Both the position numbers and the translations under genes were made by a program. DNA of 64,000 nucleotides from Desulfomicrobium sp. (GTDB lineage: Bacteria > Desulfobacterota > Desulfovibrionia > Desulfovibrionales > Desulfomicrobiaceae): positions 192,001 to 256,000 of the forward strand of contig JAXGMI010000003.1 of assembly GCA_040768745.1 (NCBI GenBank). Direction: 5' to 3'. Shown piece after piece: positions 19,047-29,458 of this stretch. Under the pieces are notes generated by a model that was not told the DNA's origin, made no database searches, and saw nothing but the letters and a program-made list of their open reading frames with translations. The stretch's first letter is position 1. Every line of letters begins with the position of its first letter.

Positions 19047-20546
19047 ATGAACCTTTCCGAATACTACAATGCCGTGATGGAATTGAGCCACGGCATCGTC
19101 ATCACCCTGGACGAAACCGGGCGGATCATCCACGGCAATTCCCGGTTCGAGGTGGTTTCCGGATACTTGACCAGCCAGATCGCCGGATTGGACTGGTTTG
19201 AAACCTGCGTAGATCAGAGACATCGGGCCAAGGCCAAGGCCGAATTCGCCGGCATTGCCGAACGGGGGCGCCTGTCCCTCATGAAGGGTTCTCTGCGGAC
19301 CAAGGATGGCCGCACGGTCTATATCGACTGGAACATGAAGCCCTTGTTCGATTCCCAACGCCGACTGGTCAGCGTCCTGTGCGTAGGTCAGGACGTGACC
19401 GCCCACGTCGAACGCCAACGAAAGCTGATGCATGAACAGGACCGCCTCATGGCCCTGAACAAAGAGCTCTCCTGCCTGCACGCCATGAACAGGATCGTGG
19501 CCAACATGGACAGCGACCTGCCGGACATTCTGCACGAGATCCTGGCCCTCATCCCCCCCTCTTTCCAGTATCCCGAATTCACGGGAGTACGCCTGGTTTT
19601 GGACGGCCATTCCCTATTCAGCGGACAATACGCCCCCGAGGCCCATTCCCGCATGGAGCAGAGCGTGATGGTGCACAAGGTCAAACGGGGACATCTGAGC
19701 GTCAGCCTCCAAGGTGCCACCCAGGACGGGATTTCCCATGCCTTTCTGCCCACTGAATGTGAGCTCCTTTCAGCCCTGGCCAAGCACGTGGGCTGGATCA
19801 TCACCAAGCGCGAGGCCATGGACACCAAAAGAAACCTGGAGCGCCAACTTCAGCATGCCGACCGTCTGGCCAAGATCGGCCAGTTTGCGGCGGGCGTGGC
19901 CCATGAACTGAACGAACCCCTGGCCAATATTTTGGGATTCGCGCAACTGGCCGCGCAGACCCCCGACCTGCCCTCCCAAGTGTCCAGGGATCTGGACAAT
20001 ATCGTCAAGTCCGCCCTGCACAGCCGGGAAATCATCAAGAAGCTGATGATCTTTGGCCGCCAGGTTCCGCTGCAGAAGAGCATGGTCGACATGAATCAGG
20101 TCATCCGGGACACCCTGTATTTCATCGAAACGGGTGCGGCGAGGAACAACATTGGCATCCATTTGGACCTGAGCGAGGACTTGCCGGACATTATGGGCGA
20201 CCCCCAGCACCTGAAACAGGTCATGGTCAACCTCATGGTCAACGCCATTCATGCCATGCCCGACGGGGGAACCTTGACCATCCGCACTCTGTCCTTCAAC
20301 CACGACGTCTATCTCCTGGTGGAAGACTCCGGCGTGGGCATGGAGACCGAGGTGCTGCGGCAGATCTTCAATCCCTTCTTCACCACCAAGGATTCTGACC
20401 AGGGAACCGGATTGGGTCTGGCCGTGGTGCACGGCATAGTCTCCGCCCATGGCGGGATCATCGACGTGGTCAGCGAACCGGGTCGGGGAACGCGGTTCGA
20501 GATCACGTTTCCCTGCGCCGATCCTGCCTCGGCGGCACAGGATTGA
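19047..20546 (+). CDS. PAS-domain sensor histidine kinase (NtrB-like)
   Basis: PAS/PAC, GVAHELNEPL, NAIHAM, PFFTTK..GTGLGL. Confidence 0.88.
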   Translation: MNLSEYYNAVMELSHGIVITLDETGRIIHGNSRFEVVSGYLTSQIAGLDWFETCVDQRHRAKAKAEFAGIAERGRLSLMKGSLRTKDGRTVYIDWNMKPLFDSQRRLVSVLCVGQDVTAHVERQRKLMHEQDRLMALNKELSCLHAMNRIVANMDSDLPDILHEILALIPPSFQYPEFTGVRLVLDGHSLFSGQYAPEAHSRMEQSVMVHKVKRGHLSVSLQGATQDGISHAFLPTECELLSALAKHVGWIITKREAMDTKRNLERQLQHADRLAKIGQFAAGVAHELNEPLANILGFAQLAAQTPDLPSQVSRDLDNIVKSALHSREIIKKLMIFGRQVPLQKSMVDMNQVIRDTLYFIETGAARNNIGIHLDLSEDLPDIMGDPQHLKQVMVNLMVNAIHAMPDGGTLTIRTLSFNHDVYLLVEDSGVGMETEVLRQIFNPFFTTKDSDQGTGLGLAVVHGIVSAHGGIIDVVSEPGRGTRFEITFPCADPASAAQD

Positions 20547-20562
20547 ACGGGAAGAACACGAC

Positions 20563-21897
20563 ATGCAAGAACAAAGAATGACGATTCTGGCCGTGGATGA
20601 CAGTCCGGCAACCCTGGAAGTCATCTCGCGTCATCTCAACGGAGCCGGCTATCAGATCCATACCTGCGGCAGCGTGGAGGAGGCCGGGGACTTCCTCGAT
20701 GCCGTGAGCGTCGATCTGGTCATTACAGACTTCAAGATGCCAAAATCCAGCGGCCTGGACCTGATCAAATACGTGCGCGAGAACTTCAAGGATACGGAAA
20801 TCATGATGATCACTGGCTATCCGTCCATTTCCGGAGCCGTGGAGGCCATGCGCGACGGGGCAGGTGAATATCTGGCAAAGCCCTTCACCGGGGAGGAACT
20901 CCTCGCCGTGGTGCGGCGGATCCTGGACAAGCAGGCCAGGCGACGGGCGGTGCACGCCGGAACACAGGAGATTGCCACCCACGGTATCATCGGGGAGTGT
21001 CCGGAAATGCGCACGGTCTTCGACCTGATCCGCAAGGCCTCCCAGACCAGCGCCAACGTCTTCATCTCCGGGGAGTCGGGCACGGGCAAGGAGCTGGTGG
21101 CCCGGGCCGTGCACTACAACAGCGACCGCCGAGCCTCGGCCTTCGTGCCTGTCAACTGCACGGCCATCCCGGACACGCTCCTGGAAAGCGAGCTCTTTGG
21201 CCACGTCAAGGGCGCCTTCACTGGCGCCAGGGACAGCCGGGCCGGATTTTTCGAGATCGCCAACGGAGGGACCATTTTTCTGGACGAGATCGGGGATGCC
21301 AGCCCCAGTCTGCAGGCCAAGCTGCTGCGGGTCATGCAGAGCAAGGAGTTCTGCATGGTCGGATCGTCGCGGACCCGCACCGTGGATACCCGCATCATTG
21401 CGGCCACGCACCAGAATCTGCGCCAGCTGGTCCAGCAGGGTCTGTTCCGGGAAGATCTCTTCTACCGCATTCATGTCATCGAAATCCGCCTGCCATCCCT
21501 GGCTGAGCGTGGGAACGACATCCTGCTCCTGGCCAATCATTTTCTGAATAAATTCGCTTCGGACATGGGCCGGCCCGCACCGCGCCTGACCGACGAAGCC
21601 CTGACGGCCCTTATGCACTACCCCTGGCCGGGAAACGTGCGGGAACTGGAAAATCTGCTGCAACGGCTTGTCATCATCGGGGAAGGGGATGACATCGACA
21701 TCACCGACCTGCCGGAAACCATGCGCTTCACCATCAGCCGACACCGCTTCGGGGAAAAGACCCTGGCCGAAGTGGAGGCCGAACATATCCGCTGCGTCCT
21801 GGCCGGAACAGGGGACAACAAGACCCGCGCCGCCGAGATCCTGGGTATCGACCGCAAGACCCTGCGCGAAAAGCTCAAGCGCCTGGGGTTGGGCTGA
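20563..21897 (+). CDS. Sigma-54-dependent response regulator (NtrC family)
   Basis: Receiver; GESGTGKE, GAFTGA, LDEIG, WPGNVREL; Fis-type HTH. Confidence 0.92.
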   Translation: MQEQRMTILAVDDSPATLEVISRHLNGAGYQIHTCGSVEEAGDFLDAVSVDLVITDFKMPKSSGLDLIKYVRENFKDTEIMMITGYPSISGAVEAMRDGAGEYLAKPFTGEELLAVVRRILDKQARRRAVHAGTQEIATHGIIGECPEMRTVFDLIRKASQTSANVFISGESGTGKELVARAVHYNSDRRASAFVPVNCTAIPDTLLESELFGHVKGAFTGARDSRAGFFEIANGGTIFLDEIGDASPSLQAKLLRVMQSKEFCMVGSSRTRTVDTRIIAATHQNLRQLVQQGLFREDLFYRIHVIEIRLPSLAERGNDILLLANHFLNKFASDMGRPAPRLTDEALTALMHYPWPGNVRELENLLQRLVIIGEGDDIDITDLPETMRFTISRHRFGEKTLAEVEAEHIRCVLAGTGDNKTRAAEILGIDRKTLREKLKRLGLG

Positions 21898-22029
21898 CCC
21901 CACTCCCACACGCTTTTTTATCTGGCTTCACTCCGACTCAACCCAAAAAACCGTTCATGGGAAGTGATTCGAACCGCGGTCGGGTATACAGGTCCTCCAC
22001 ATCCACGGACGTGGCATATGGGAAAACAA

Positions 22030-22072
22030 GAGATCCGATCATGGCTGGACGTGCTGACCATGATCGGATCTC
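22030..22072. repeat. Perfect 15-bp inverted repeat between convergent genes
   Basis: GAGATCCGATCATGG-N13-CCATGATCGGATCTC. Confidence 0.8.
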
Positions 22073-22127
22073 CTTCATCCACCGTTGGCGGTCGAATGGG
22101 CCGGCCCATGAAAGATCGACCCCCTGA

Positions 22128-23546
22128 TCAATATGCCGAAAGGCCTCCTTTCTCCTCCCAGCCTCCGCCCAGGGCAGCGAAGAGCTCCACCAGGGTGAAC
22201 TTCCGGGCCAGACGGACGGACAGCAGGTCCTGGCGGGCCGCAAACAGGGTCCGTTCGGCGTCATGCACCGCAAAAGCGCTTTCGAGTCCCGCCTGATAGC
22301 GCTGATCAACCAGGATTCTGCTCTGCCCGGCGCTGTGCACGCGCCGGGCTTGGGCCTCGACCTGTCCCGCGTACCCCTGATTTTTGGCCAGGGCATCGGC
22401 CACTTCCCGGAACGCGTTTTGAATGATTTGCTCGTACCGGGCAATGCGGATCTTCTGTTCCGCCTTGGCTGCGTCCAGCCTGGCCCTGTTCCGCCCCGCG
22501 TCAAAGATGGGCATGGTCACACTTGGCACGAAAGCCCAGGTCCGTTGGGCCGAGTCAAAGAGATCTGTCAGCTCCAGACTGACCAGGCCGGCCGTGGTGG
22601 TCAGACCGATGCGCGGGAAAAAAGCGGCCCTGGCCGCCCCGATCTCGGCCCCGGCGGCCCAGAGCAGATGTTCTGTTTCCAGAATGTCCGGCCGTCGGGT
22701 CAGCAGATCCGAGGGCAGACCAGGGGCGATGGATTCCCTGACGGCCACGTCGTCGATGACCTGGGCCGGCAGCTTCAGACCCGATACCGGAACCCCGACC
22801 AGGACGGCCAGGGCGTTTTCATCCATGGCCACCTGGGCCTTCAGACGGGCGACCTCGGCTTGGGCCACGGCCACGACTTCCTCCGCCTGATGGCGTTCCA
22901 GTTCCGTGGCCAGACCGTTGGCCAGCTTGGCCATGGTCAGGTCAAGGCTCGCCTGACGGCTTCTGAGGGTATCCCGGGACAAGGCCAGATTCTCGCGATC
23001 CCCGGCCAAGGCCAAATACACCCGGGCGATCTGCGATACCAGACTGATGTGTACCGCCCGTCGGGCTTCTTCCGTGGCCAGATACTGTTCCAGGGCCGAC
23101 TCCTCCAGGTTCCTCACCCGCCCGAAGAAATCCAGTTCAAAGGACGTGACCCCCAGACCCACACTCCACTGCCGGTCGATACCCTCGATCCCGCTGCGCA
23201 AATCAGCAGGGAACCGGGTCGTCGATGTCCGGCCCGAAGCGTCCACGTTTGGAATACGGTCGGCGCGGGCGATTCCGAACTGGGCCATGGCCTTGTCCAT
23301 GGCCAGGGCAGCCTGCCTGAGGCTTCTGTTCTCGTTCAGGGCAGTGCTGATGAGTTCCTGCAGGGCCGGGTCCAGGAAAACGTCACGCCAGCCCAGTTGC
23401 CCCACGTCACTCCCGGTGGCGTTGAATTGGGCCCGCTCGAGCCAGTCACCAGGCACCGGCATGTCCGGACGCTCCCGCTCAGGGGCCAAACTGGCGCAAC
23501 CAGTCAGAATCATGAGCATAAGGATCAGAATCAGTCTTCTTCGCAT
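22128..23546 (-). CDS. RND efflux outer-membrane lipoprotein (OprM/NodT family)
   Basis: Lipobox [33 protein letters not shown]. Confidence 0.9.
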   Translation of the reverse strand: MRRRLILILMLMILTGCASLAPERERPDMPVPGDWLERAQFNATGSDVGQLGWRDVFLDPALQELISTALNENRSLRQAALAMDKAMAQFGIARADRIPNVDASGRTSTTRFPADLRSGIEGIDRQWSVGLGVTSFELDFFGRVRNLEESALEQYLATEEARRAVHISLVSQIARVYLALAGDRENLALSRDTLRSRQASLDLTMAKLANGLATELERHQAEEVVAVAQAEVARLKAQVAMDENALAVLVGVPVSGLKLPAQVIDDVAVRESIAPGLPSDLLTRRPDILETEHLLWAAGAEIGAARAAFFPRIGLTTTAGLVSLELTDLFDSAQRTWAFVPSVTMPIFDAGRNRARLDAAKAEQKIRIARYEQIIQNAFREVADALAKNQGYAGQVEAQARRVHSAGQSRILVDQRYQAGLESAFAVHDAERTLFAARQDLLSVRLARKFTLVELFAALGGGWEEKGGLSAY

Positions 23547-26500
23547 GGGTGGCCTCCCGGAATGATGGCTCGGCATGTGGTGTTTTTCGGATTCCTGCGG
23601 GAGATGCCCAGCCGGGCCACAATGACAAAGAAGACCGGAATGAGCAGGGAACCGACGATGGTGGAGGCGATGGTGCCGCCGATGACACCCGTCCCGATGG
23701 AGTTCTGCCCTCCGGATCCCGCCCCGGAACTGAGGGCCAGGGGCAGCACGCCCAGAGCAAAGGCCAGGGAGGTCATGAGAATGGGCCGCAGGCGCTGCCG
23801 GGCCGCCTCGACCACGGCCTGCATGAGCTCCATGCCGGATTCGGTCAGGCTTTTGGCGAACTCGACGATGAGGATGGCGTTTTTGGCCGCCAAGCCCATG
23901 GTCGTCAGCAGTCCGACCTGGAAGTACACGTCGTTGGTCAGACCGCGCAGGCTGACGGCCGCCAGGGCGCCGAGCACGCCGATGGGTATGACCAGGATGA
24001 CCGACGCGGGCAGACTCCAGCTTTCGTACAGAGCCGCCAGACACAAGAAGACCACGACGATGGAGAGCGTGTAGAGCATGAGTGTTTGCGATCCGGCCTG
24101 GCGTTCCTGAAAGGACAGGCCGGTCCAGGAATAGCCGATGCCCTCGGGTAGCTGTTCGGCCAGACTCTCCATGGTCGCCATGGCCTGGCCCGAGCTCTTG
24201 CCCGGAGCTGGCATGCCGAGGATCTGCATGGCCGGAACGCCGTTGTAGCGTTCCAGACGGGGCGAGCCTGATGTCCAGTGGGCCGTGGCAAAGCTGGACA
24301 TGGGCACCATCTGGCCTTCACGACCGCGCACGTGCCAGCGGCCAAGATCCTCCGGCATCATGCGGTAGGGCGCCTCGCCCTGCATGATGACTTTTTTCAC
24401 GCGGCCCTTGTCCAGAAAATCGTTCACATAGGAACTGCCCCAGGCCGTGGCGATGACGCTGGTTACGTCGGACACGGCCAGACCCAGGGCGCTGGCCTTG
24501 TCCCAGTCGATATCGATGCGGTACTGCGGCGTGTCGTCCAGGCCGTTGGGCCGGACCATGGCCAGATCTGGATGCTGGCTGGCCATGCCCAGGAGTTGGT
24601 TGCGGGCGGCCGTGAGCTTTTCATGGCCCAGGCCCGCCCTGTCCTGCAGTTCGAAATCGAAACCCTGTGCGTTGCCAAGTTCCAGGACAGCGGGTGGTGA
24701 AAACGCGAAAACTTGTGCGTCACGGAACTGTGAGAATACGGCCATAGCCCGCCCTGCAACGGCTTTGACCCTGAGACCGGGGCTCTTGCGCTGGCTCCAG
24801 TCCTTGAGACGAACAAAACACATGGCCGTGTTCTGGCCGCTGCCTGCAAAACTGAAGCCGGCCACGGCCATGAGTGATTCGATGGCATCCTTTTCACTTT
24901 CCAGGAAGTGATGTTCAATGCGCTCCAACACATCCAGGGTGCGCTCCTGGGTCGAACCGATGGGCAACTGGACCTGCACGAAGAGGATGCCTTGATCCTC
25001 GTCGGGCAAAAATCCCGTGGGCAGGCGCTGAAAAAGGAAGATCATGCCGCCCAGGATGAGGGCGAACAGAACCAGGGATCGTCCCCAATTCCGGGTCATA
25101 CCGCCGACCAGTCCCTGATAGCCTTTGGCCGTGCGGTCAAAACCACGGTTGAACCACCCGAAAAAGCCGCGCTTGCCTTGTCCGGACTTGGCCGGCTTGA
25201 GCATGGTCGCGCACAGGGCCGGGGTCAGGATCAAGGCCACCAGAACCGAAAGCACCATGGCCGAGACGATGGTGATGGAAAACTGCCTGTAAATCACGCC
25301 GGTAGAGCCGCCGAAGAAGGCCATGGGCACGAAGACTGCCGAGAGCACCAGGGCGATGCCCACCAGGGCCCCGGAGATCTGGGTCATGGACAGGTGGGTT
25401 GCGTCCCTGGCCGAGAGGCCGTCCTCGTGCATGATGCGCTCCACGTTCTCGACCACGACGATGGCGTCGTCCACCAGCAGGCCGATGGCCAGGACCATGG
25501 CGAACATGGTCAGGGTGTTGATGGAGAAGCCGAAGGCCGCCAGCACCCCGAAGGTGCCCAGGAGCACCACGGGCACGGCGATGGTCGGAATGAGGGTGGC
25601 GCGCAAGTTCTGCAGGAAGAGGTACATGACCAGAAAGACCAGGGCCACGGCTTCGAGCAGGGTGCGCACCACCTCCTCGATGGAGATGCGTACGAAGGGT
25701 GTGGTGTCGAAGGCAACCACCGCCTTCATGCCGACCGGGAAGGTCGGACTGATACTTTTAATATAGTTGTCAACGGCTTGCACGGTTTTGAGGGCGTTGG
25801 CCCCGGTGGCCAGCTTGATGGCCGTGGCTGCAGCCGGCTGGCCGCTGAATCGGGACACGACTTGGGAGTTTTCGGCTCCCAGCTCCACCTTGGCCACGTC
25901 GCCCAGCCGCACGGTGGATCCGTCTGTGTTCACCTTCAGCAGAATGTCCCGGAACTGCTCCGGGGTCTGCAGGCGGTCCTGGACGCTGACCGTGAAGTTG
26001 ATGCGCTGGTCCTCCACCGAGGGCAGGCCGCCCAGCTGCCCGGCCGAGACCTGGGCGTTCTGGGCCCTGATGGCCGCGGCCACGTCGGTTGGGGTCAGGC
26101 TGTAGGTGTGCAGTTTGTCGGGGTTGAGCCAGATGCGCATGGCGTGCTGGGACCCGAACAGGGTGACCTCGCCCACGCCCTCGACGCGACTCAGGCCGTC
26201 CAGGACATTGGCGGCCACGTAGTCGGCCAGCTGCGCCCTGGACATGGACCCGTCCTCGGACACGAAGCCCAGGACCTGCACGAAGTTCTTGACCGCCTTG
26301 GTGACCTGCACGCCCTGGGCCTGCACTTCCTGGGGCAGCAGGGCCATGGCCAGCTGCAGCTTGTTCTGCACCTGGACCTGGGCGATGTCGGGGTTGGTGC
26401 CGGCCTTGAAGGTCAGGGTGATGGTGGCCTGGCCCGAAGATTCGCTGGTCGAGGACATGTAGTCGAGGTTGTCGATGCCCTTCATCTTCTGCTCGATGAC

Positions 26501-26689
26501 CTGGGTCACCGCGTCTTCGAGCGTCTTGGCCGACGCGCCGGGATAGGTCGCGCTGATGGCCACGGACGGCGGGGCGATGGGCGGGTACTGCGAGATGGGC
26601 AGGCCGAAGATGGACAGGACGCCGGCCAGCATGGTGGTGATGGCCAGAACCCAGGCGAAGACCGGCCGGTTGATGAAAAAATGAGCCAT
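23531..26689 (-). CDS. acrB: RND efflux permease, HAE1 family
   Basis: [39 protein letters not shown]; 1052 aa. Confidence 0.93.
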   Translation of the reverse strand: MAHFFINRPVFAWVLAITTMLAGVLSIFGLPISQYPPIAPPSVAISATYPGASAKTLEDAVTQVIEQKMKGIDNLDYMSSTSESSGQATITLTFKAGTNPDIAQVQVQNKLQLAMALLPQEVQAQGVQVTKAVKNFVQVLGFVSEDGSMSRAQLADYVAANVLDGLSRVEGVGEVTLFGSQHAMRIWLNPDKLHTYSLTPTDVAAAIRAQNAQVSAGQLGGLPSVEDQRINFTVSVQDRLQTPEQFRDILLKVNTDGSTVRLGDVAKVELGAENSQVVSRFSGQPAAATAIKLATGANALKTVQAVDNYIKSISPTFPVGMKAVVAFDTTPFVRISIEEVVRTLLEAVALVFLVMYLFLQNLRATLIPTIAVPVVLLGTFGVLAAFGFSINTLTMFAMVLAIGLLVDDAIVVVENVERIMHEDGLSARDATHLSMTQISGALVGIALVLSAVFVPMAFFGGSTGVIYRQFSITIVSAMVLSVLVALILTPALCATMLKPAKSGQGKRGFFGWFNRGFDRTAKGYQGLVGGMTRNWGRSLVLFALILGGMIFLFQRLPTGFLPDEDQGILFVQVQLPIGSTQERTLDVLERIEHHFLESEKDAIESLMAVAGFSFAGSGQNTAMCFVRLKDWSQRKSPGLRVKAVAGRAMAVFSQFRDAQVFAFSPPAVLELGNAQGFDFELQDRAGLGHEKLTAARNQLLGMASQHPDLAMVRPNGLDDTPQYRIDIDWDKASALGLAVSDVTSVIATAWGSSYVNDFLDKGRVKKVIMQGEAPYRMMPEDLGRWHVRGREGQMVPMSSFATAHWTSGSPRLERYNGVPAMQILGMPAPGKSSGQAMATMESLAEQLPEGIGYSWTGLSFQERQAGSQTLMLYTLSIVVVFLCLAALYESWSLPASVILVIPIGVLGALAAVSLRGLTNDVYFQVGLLTTMGLAAKNAILIVEFAKSLTESGMELMQAVVEAARQRLRPILMTSLAFALGVLPLALSSGAGSGGQNSIGTGVIGGTIASTIVGSLLIPVFFVIVARLGISRRNPKNTTCRAIIPGGHPCEED

Positions 26690-26785
26690 GATATCTCCTT
26701 CTCTTTCCGGCTGGGGGCGCGGAATCCGTTCCCGTCCCGGCTGGGCCGGGGCAACGGGGAGCGGGTTCAGTAGCCTGAAGTAAAA

Positions 26786-27934
26786 CTAGTTGGCGGACTG
26801 GCGAATACGGACCTGGGTGCCCGGACGGGCCTTCTGCAGACCCTCGACCACCACGCGGTCGCCGGCGGCCAGGCCCTGACGCACGATCCAGTCACCGCCC
26901 ACGGCGCGGTCCAGCTGCAGGGGGCGGGCGGCGATGATATCCCCGGCGTCCACGACCATGGCCATGGCCTGACCCTGGGCGTTGCGGACCACGGCCTGCT
27001 GCGGGATGAGCATGGCTGCGGACAGCACACCCTCCTCGACAATGGCCCGCACGTACATGCCGGGCAGCAGGTCCCGCTTGGGGTTGGGAAAAACGGCCCG
27101 CAGGGTTACGGATCCGGTCCCCTGATCCACGCTGGCCTCGGCCAGCTGCAGGGTGCCATCATGCGCATAGTCCGTGCCGTCCTCGAGGATGAGGCGGACC
27201 TTTGTTGCCGACGTCCCGGAGGCCTGTACAGCTCCGGATTCCAGAGCCCTCTTCAGGCGTAAGAGTTCCACGTTGGATTGGGTCAGGTCGACATAGATGG
27301 GGTCGAGCTGCTGTACCGTGGCCAGGGCCTGAGCCTGATTGGCGGTGACCAGGGCCCCGGGGGTCACGGCTGAACGGCCGATGCGTCCACTGATGGGCGA
27401 GACCACCTTGGTCCGCTGCAGATCGATGCGGGTTGCTTCCAGTTCGGCTTGGGCCGAGGAGACATTGGCCTTGGCCAGGGCCAGGGCGGCCTGGACCTCG
27501 TCATGGTCCTGCTGGCTGACGGCTTTGGTCCGGATCAGTTCGGCATAGCGGACAGCCTTGAGGCGGGCAGGCTCCAGTTCGGCCTTGGCCTTGGCCACCG
27601 CGGCCGTGGCCCGGGCCACGGCCACCTCGTAGGTGTCGGGATCGATCTGGTACAGGAGTTGTCCGCTTTTGACTTCCGTGCCCTCGGCGAAGACCCGCTT
27701 CTGGATGATGCCGCCGACCTGGGGCCGGATTTCAGCCACCTGGTACACAGCCGTGCGTCCAGGCAGTTCAGACGTCAGCCGGACCTCCCGCTCCTGCATG
27801 GTCACCACGACCACCTCGGGGACTGGTTTGGCCGCGGCCGGGGTGGGCTGATCGGCCTGGGATGGTTTGTTCCAGGCCAGATATCCAAGGGAGACGACTG
27901 CCAGCACGGCAACGGAGACAAGTATCTTTTTCAT
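26786..27934 (-). CDS. acrA: RND efflux membrane fusion protein
   Basis: LPGRT..AEIRPQVGGII, SPISGRIG, LLPGMYV. Confidence 0.9.
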   Translation of the reverse strand: MKKILVSVAVLAVVSLGYLAWNKPSQADQPTPAAAKPVPEVVVVTMQEREVRLTSELPGRTAVYQVAEIRPQVGGIIQKRVFAEGTEVKSGQLLYQIDPDTYEVAVARATAAVAKAKAELEPARLKAVRYAELIRTKAVSQQDHDEVQAALALAKANVSSAQAELEATRIDLQRTKVVSPISGRIGRSAVTPGALVTANQAQALATVQQLDPIYVDLTQSNVELLRLKRALESGAVQASGTSATKVRLILEDGTDYAHDGTLQLAEASVDQGTGSVTLRAVFPNPKRDLLPGMYVRAIVEEGVLSAAMLIPQQAVVRNAQGQAMAMVVDAGDIIAARPLQLDRAVGGDWIVRQGLAAGDRVVVEGLQKARPGTQVRIRQSAN

Positions 27935-27998
27935 TCTTTCCTTCCTGCGCTGATTGCTGCGAACGATGTGCGCACAACTTCACTTCTGGTCAAAAAAA

Positions 27999-28595
27999 TC
28001 AGGGAGAAACGGCCCGGAGGAACATTTTCCAGTTGGCCTCGGCCTGGGTCTTGGGGTCTATCATGTCTCCCCTCCGGCTGAAGAGGATGGCAATGGTCAG
28101 GAACTGACCCAGAAATTGGATGAAAATCTGGTCAGCGTCGATGTCACGACGGATTTCCCCGTCCTCCTGCCCTTGCCGGATGATTGCGGAAACCTGCGCC
28201 TGGTGCAGCATGTGGTCGGACTGCAATCTCTCCCGCAGGTGTGGCTCCTCAATCCACAACGAGTCGGAAAGGAGCAGGTTGGGCAATGCCCGATATCGCT
28301 GGATGACGCTGACATGCAGATCATAGCAGCGCCGCAATTTGGTCAACGCCGAACCCGGTTCCTTGATGGCCATGCCTATGGCCTTGGTTTTGACGTCATC
28401 CAGCAGATCCAGGACACTGGCCAGGATATCGGCCTTCCCCCCGGAAAAATGCCTGTACAGAGCCGGGGGTGTCAGGCCAACGGACCTGGCCACGTTCCGC
28501 GCGGTGAGAGCGCCGACGCCCTGCTCCGCCACCAGTGCGAGAGCTGCCTCGGCAATCTGTTCACGCCGAATTGTCGTTGTCATACGTTTTGCCAT
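27999..28595 (-). CDS. TetR/AcrR family regulator
   Basis: N-terminal HTH VARSVGLTPPALYRHF. Confidence 0.88.
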   Translation of the reverse strand: MAKRMTTTIRREQIAEAALALVAEQGVGALTARNVARSVGLTPPALYRHFSGGKADILASVLDLLDDVKTKAIGMAIKEPGSALTKLRRCYDLHVSVIQRYRALPNLLLSDSLWIEEPHLRERLQSDHMLHQAQVSAIIRQGQEDGEIRRDIDADQIFIQFLGQFLTIAILFSRRGDMIDPKTQAEANWKMFLRAVSP

Positions 28596-28603
28596 GGCGC
28601 GCT

Positions 28604-28621
28604 AGTTAACGATCGTTCACT
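28604..28621. promoter_or_regulatory. Putative TetR operator
   Basis: Near-perfect palindrome AGTTAACGATCGTTCACT, 8 nt upstream of the tetR start. Confidence 0.65.
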
Positions 28622-28826
28622 TTGTCGTCAAGACAATTTATCCACTTTTTCTGCTGGAATTTGCAGGCCTGCCTGCAGGGGATGGCCCGATGTGCTGGTG
28701 CGTGGAGTTGGAAAAATGGGAATTCCATTTTTCCGGGAATGATTTTTGTGGTGCTGTGATCGGAGGCGATGGGGACGGGGAAAAGCCAGGGTTTTCTCTT
28801 GCAAGGTCTGAAAAATTCTTTTATTA

Positions 28827-28845
28827 GTTAAGAATAATTCCTAAT
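28827..28845. promoter_or_regulatory. Putative PerR/Fur-family box upstream of rubrerythrin
   Basis: Reverse complement ATTAGGAATTATTCTTAAC resembles the recalled Desulfovibrio PerR box AwnAGGAAywrTTCCTnwT. Confidence 0.5.
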
Positions 28846-28867
28846 AAATAATAAAAGGAGAACATTG

Positions 28868-29362
28868 ATGAGTAAGACAACCGACAATCTGAAGACTGCC
28901 TTTGCCGGAGAATCCCAGGCCAACCGCAAATATCTCGCCTTTGCCAGGAAGGCTGAAGAGGACGGGCTGTCCCAGGTTGCCAAACTGTTCCGCGCCGCGG
29001 CAGAGGCGGAAACCATCCATGCCCATGCCCATTTGCGGCTCATGAAGGGGATCGGTACCACGGCCGAGAACCTGAAAGAGGCCGTGGCCGGGGAAACCTA
29101 CGAATTCAAATCCATGTATCCGGAAATGATCGCCGACGCCCAGGCCGAAGGCGAAAAAGCCGCCGAGCGCTATTTCGTCTTTGCCAACAAGGCCGAGGAG
29201 TGCCACGCCACCCTGTACGCCAAGGCGGCCAAGATGCTGGGGGACCTCCCGGCTGTGGACTACTATGTCTGCAGCGTGTGCGGCCATATTCACGAGGGTC
29301 AGCCCGCGGACAAATGCCCCATCTGCGGAGCTGCGCCCAAGGCGTACAACAAGGTGGCCTAG
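28868..29362 (+). CDS. rbr: Rubrerythrin
   Basis: AFAGESQANRKY, ETIHA, EECHA diiron motifs; CSVCG..CPICG rubredoxin domain. Confidence 0.93.
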   Translation: MSKTTDNLKTAFAGESQANRKYLAFARKAEEDGLSQVAKLFRAAAEAETIHAHAHLRLMKGIGTTAENLKEAVAGETYEFKSMYPEMIADAQAEGEKAAERYFVFANKAEECHATLYAKAAKMLGDLPAVDYYVCSVCGHIHEGQPADKCPICGAAPKAYNKVA

Positions 29363-29394
29363 ATACAGGCCTTTCCTCGGGCATTGGGTTCTGT

Positions 29395-29427
29395 CGCCGC
29401 ATCCCGGATCCGGGATGCGGCGTTTTT
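29395..29427 (+). terminator. Rho-independent terminator
   Basis: CGCCGCATCCCG..CGGGATGCGGCG followed by TTTTT. Confidence 0.75.
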
Positions 29428-29458
29428 CATGGATCGCCCAGAAAAATGCCCGGCCCGC

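Noticed and set aside
22128..24044. 638-aa extended outer-membrane factor
   Set aside because: The extension overlaps acrB; the lipoprotein signal starts at 23546
24908..26773. Long antisense ORFs (also 9616..11409, 22263..24074, 40224..42047, 41990..43570)
   Set aside because: Shadow frames of well-supported genes, expected at high GC
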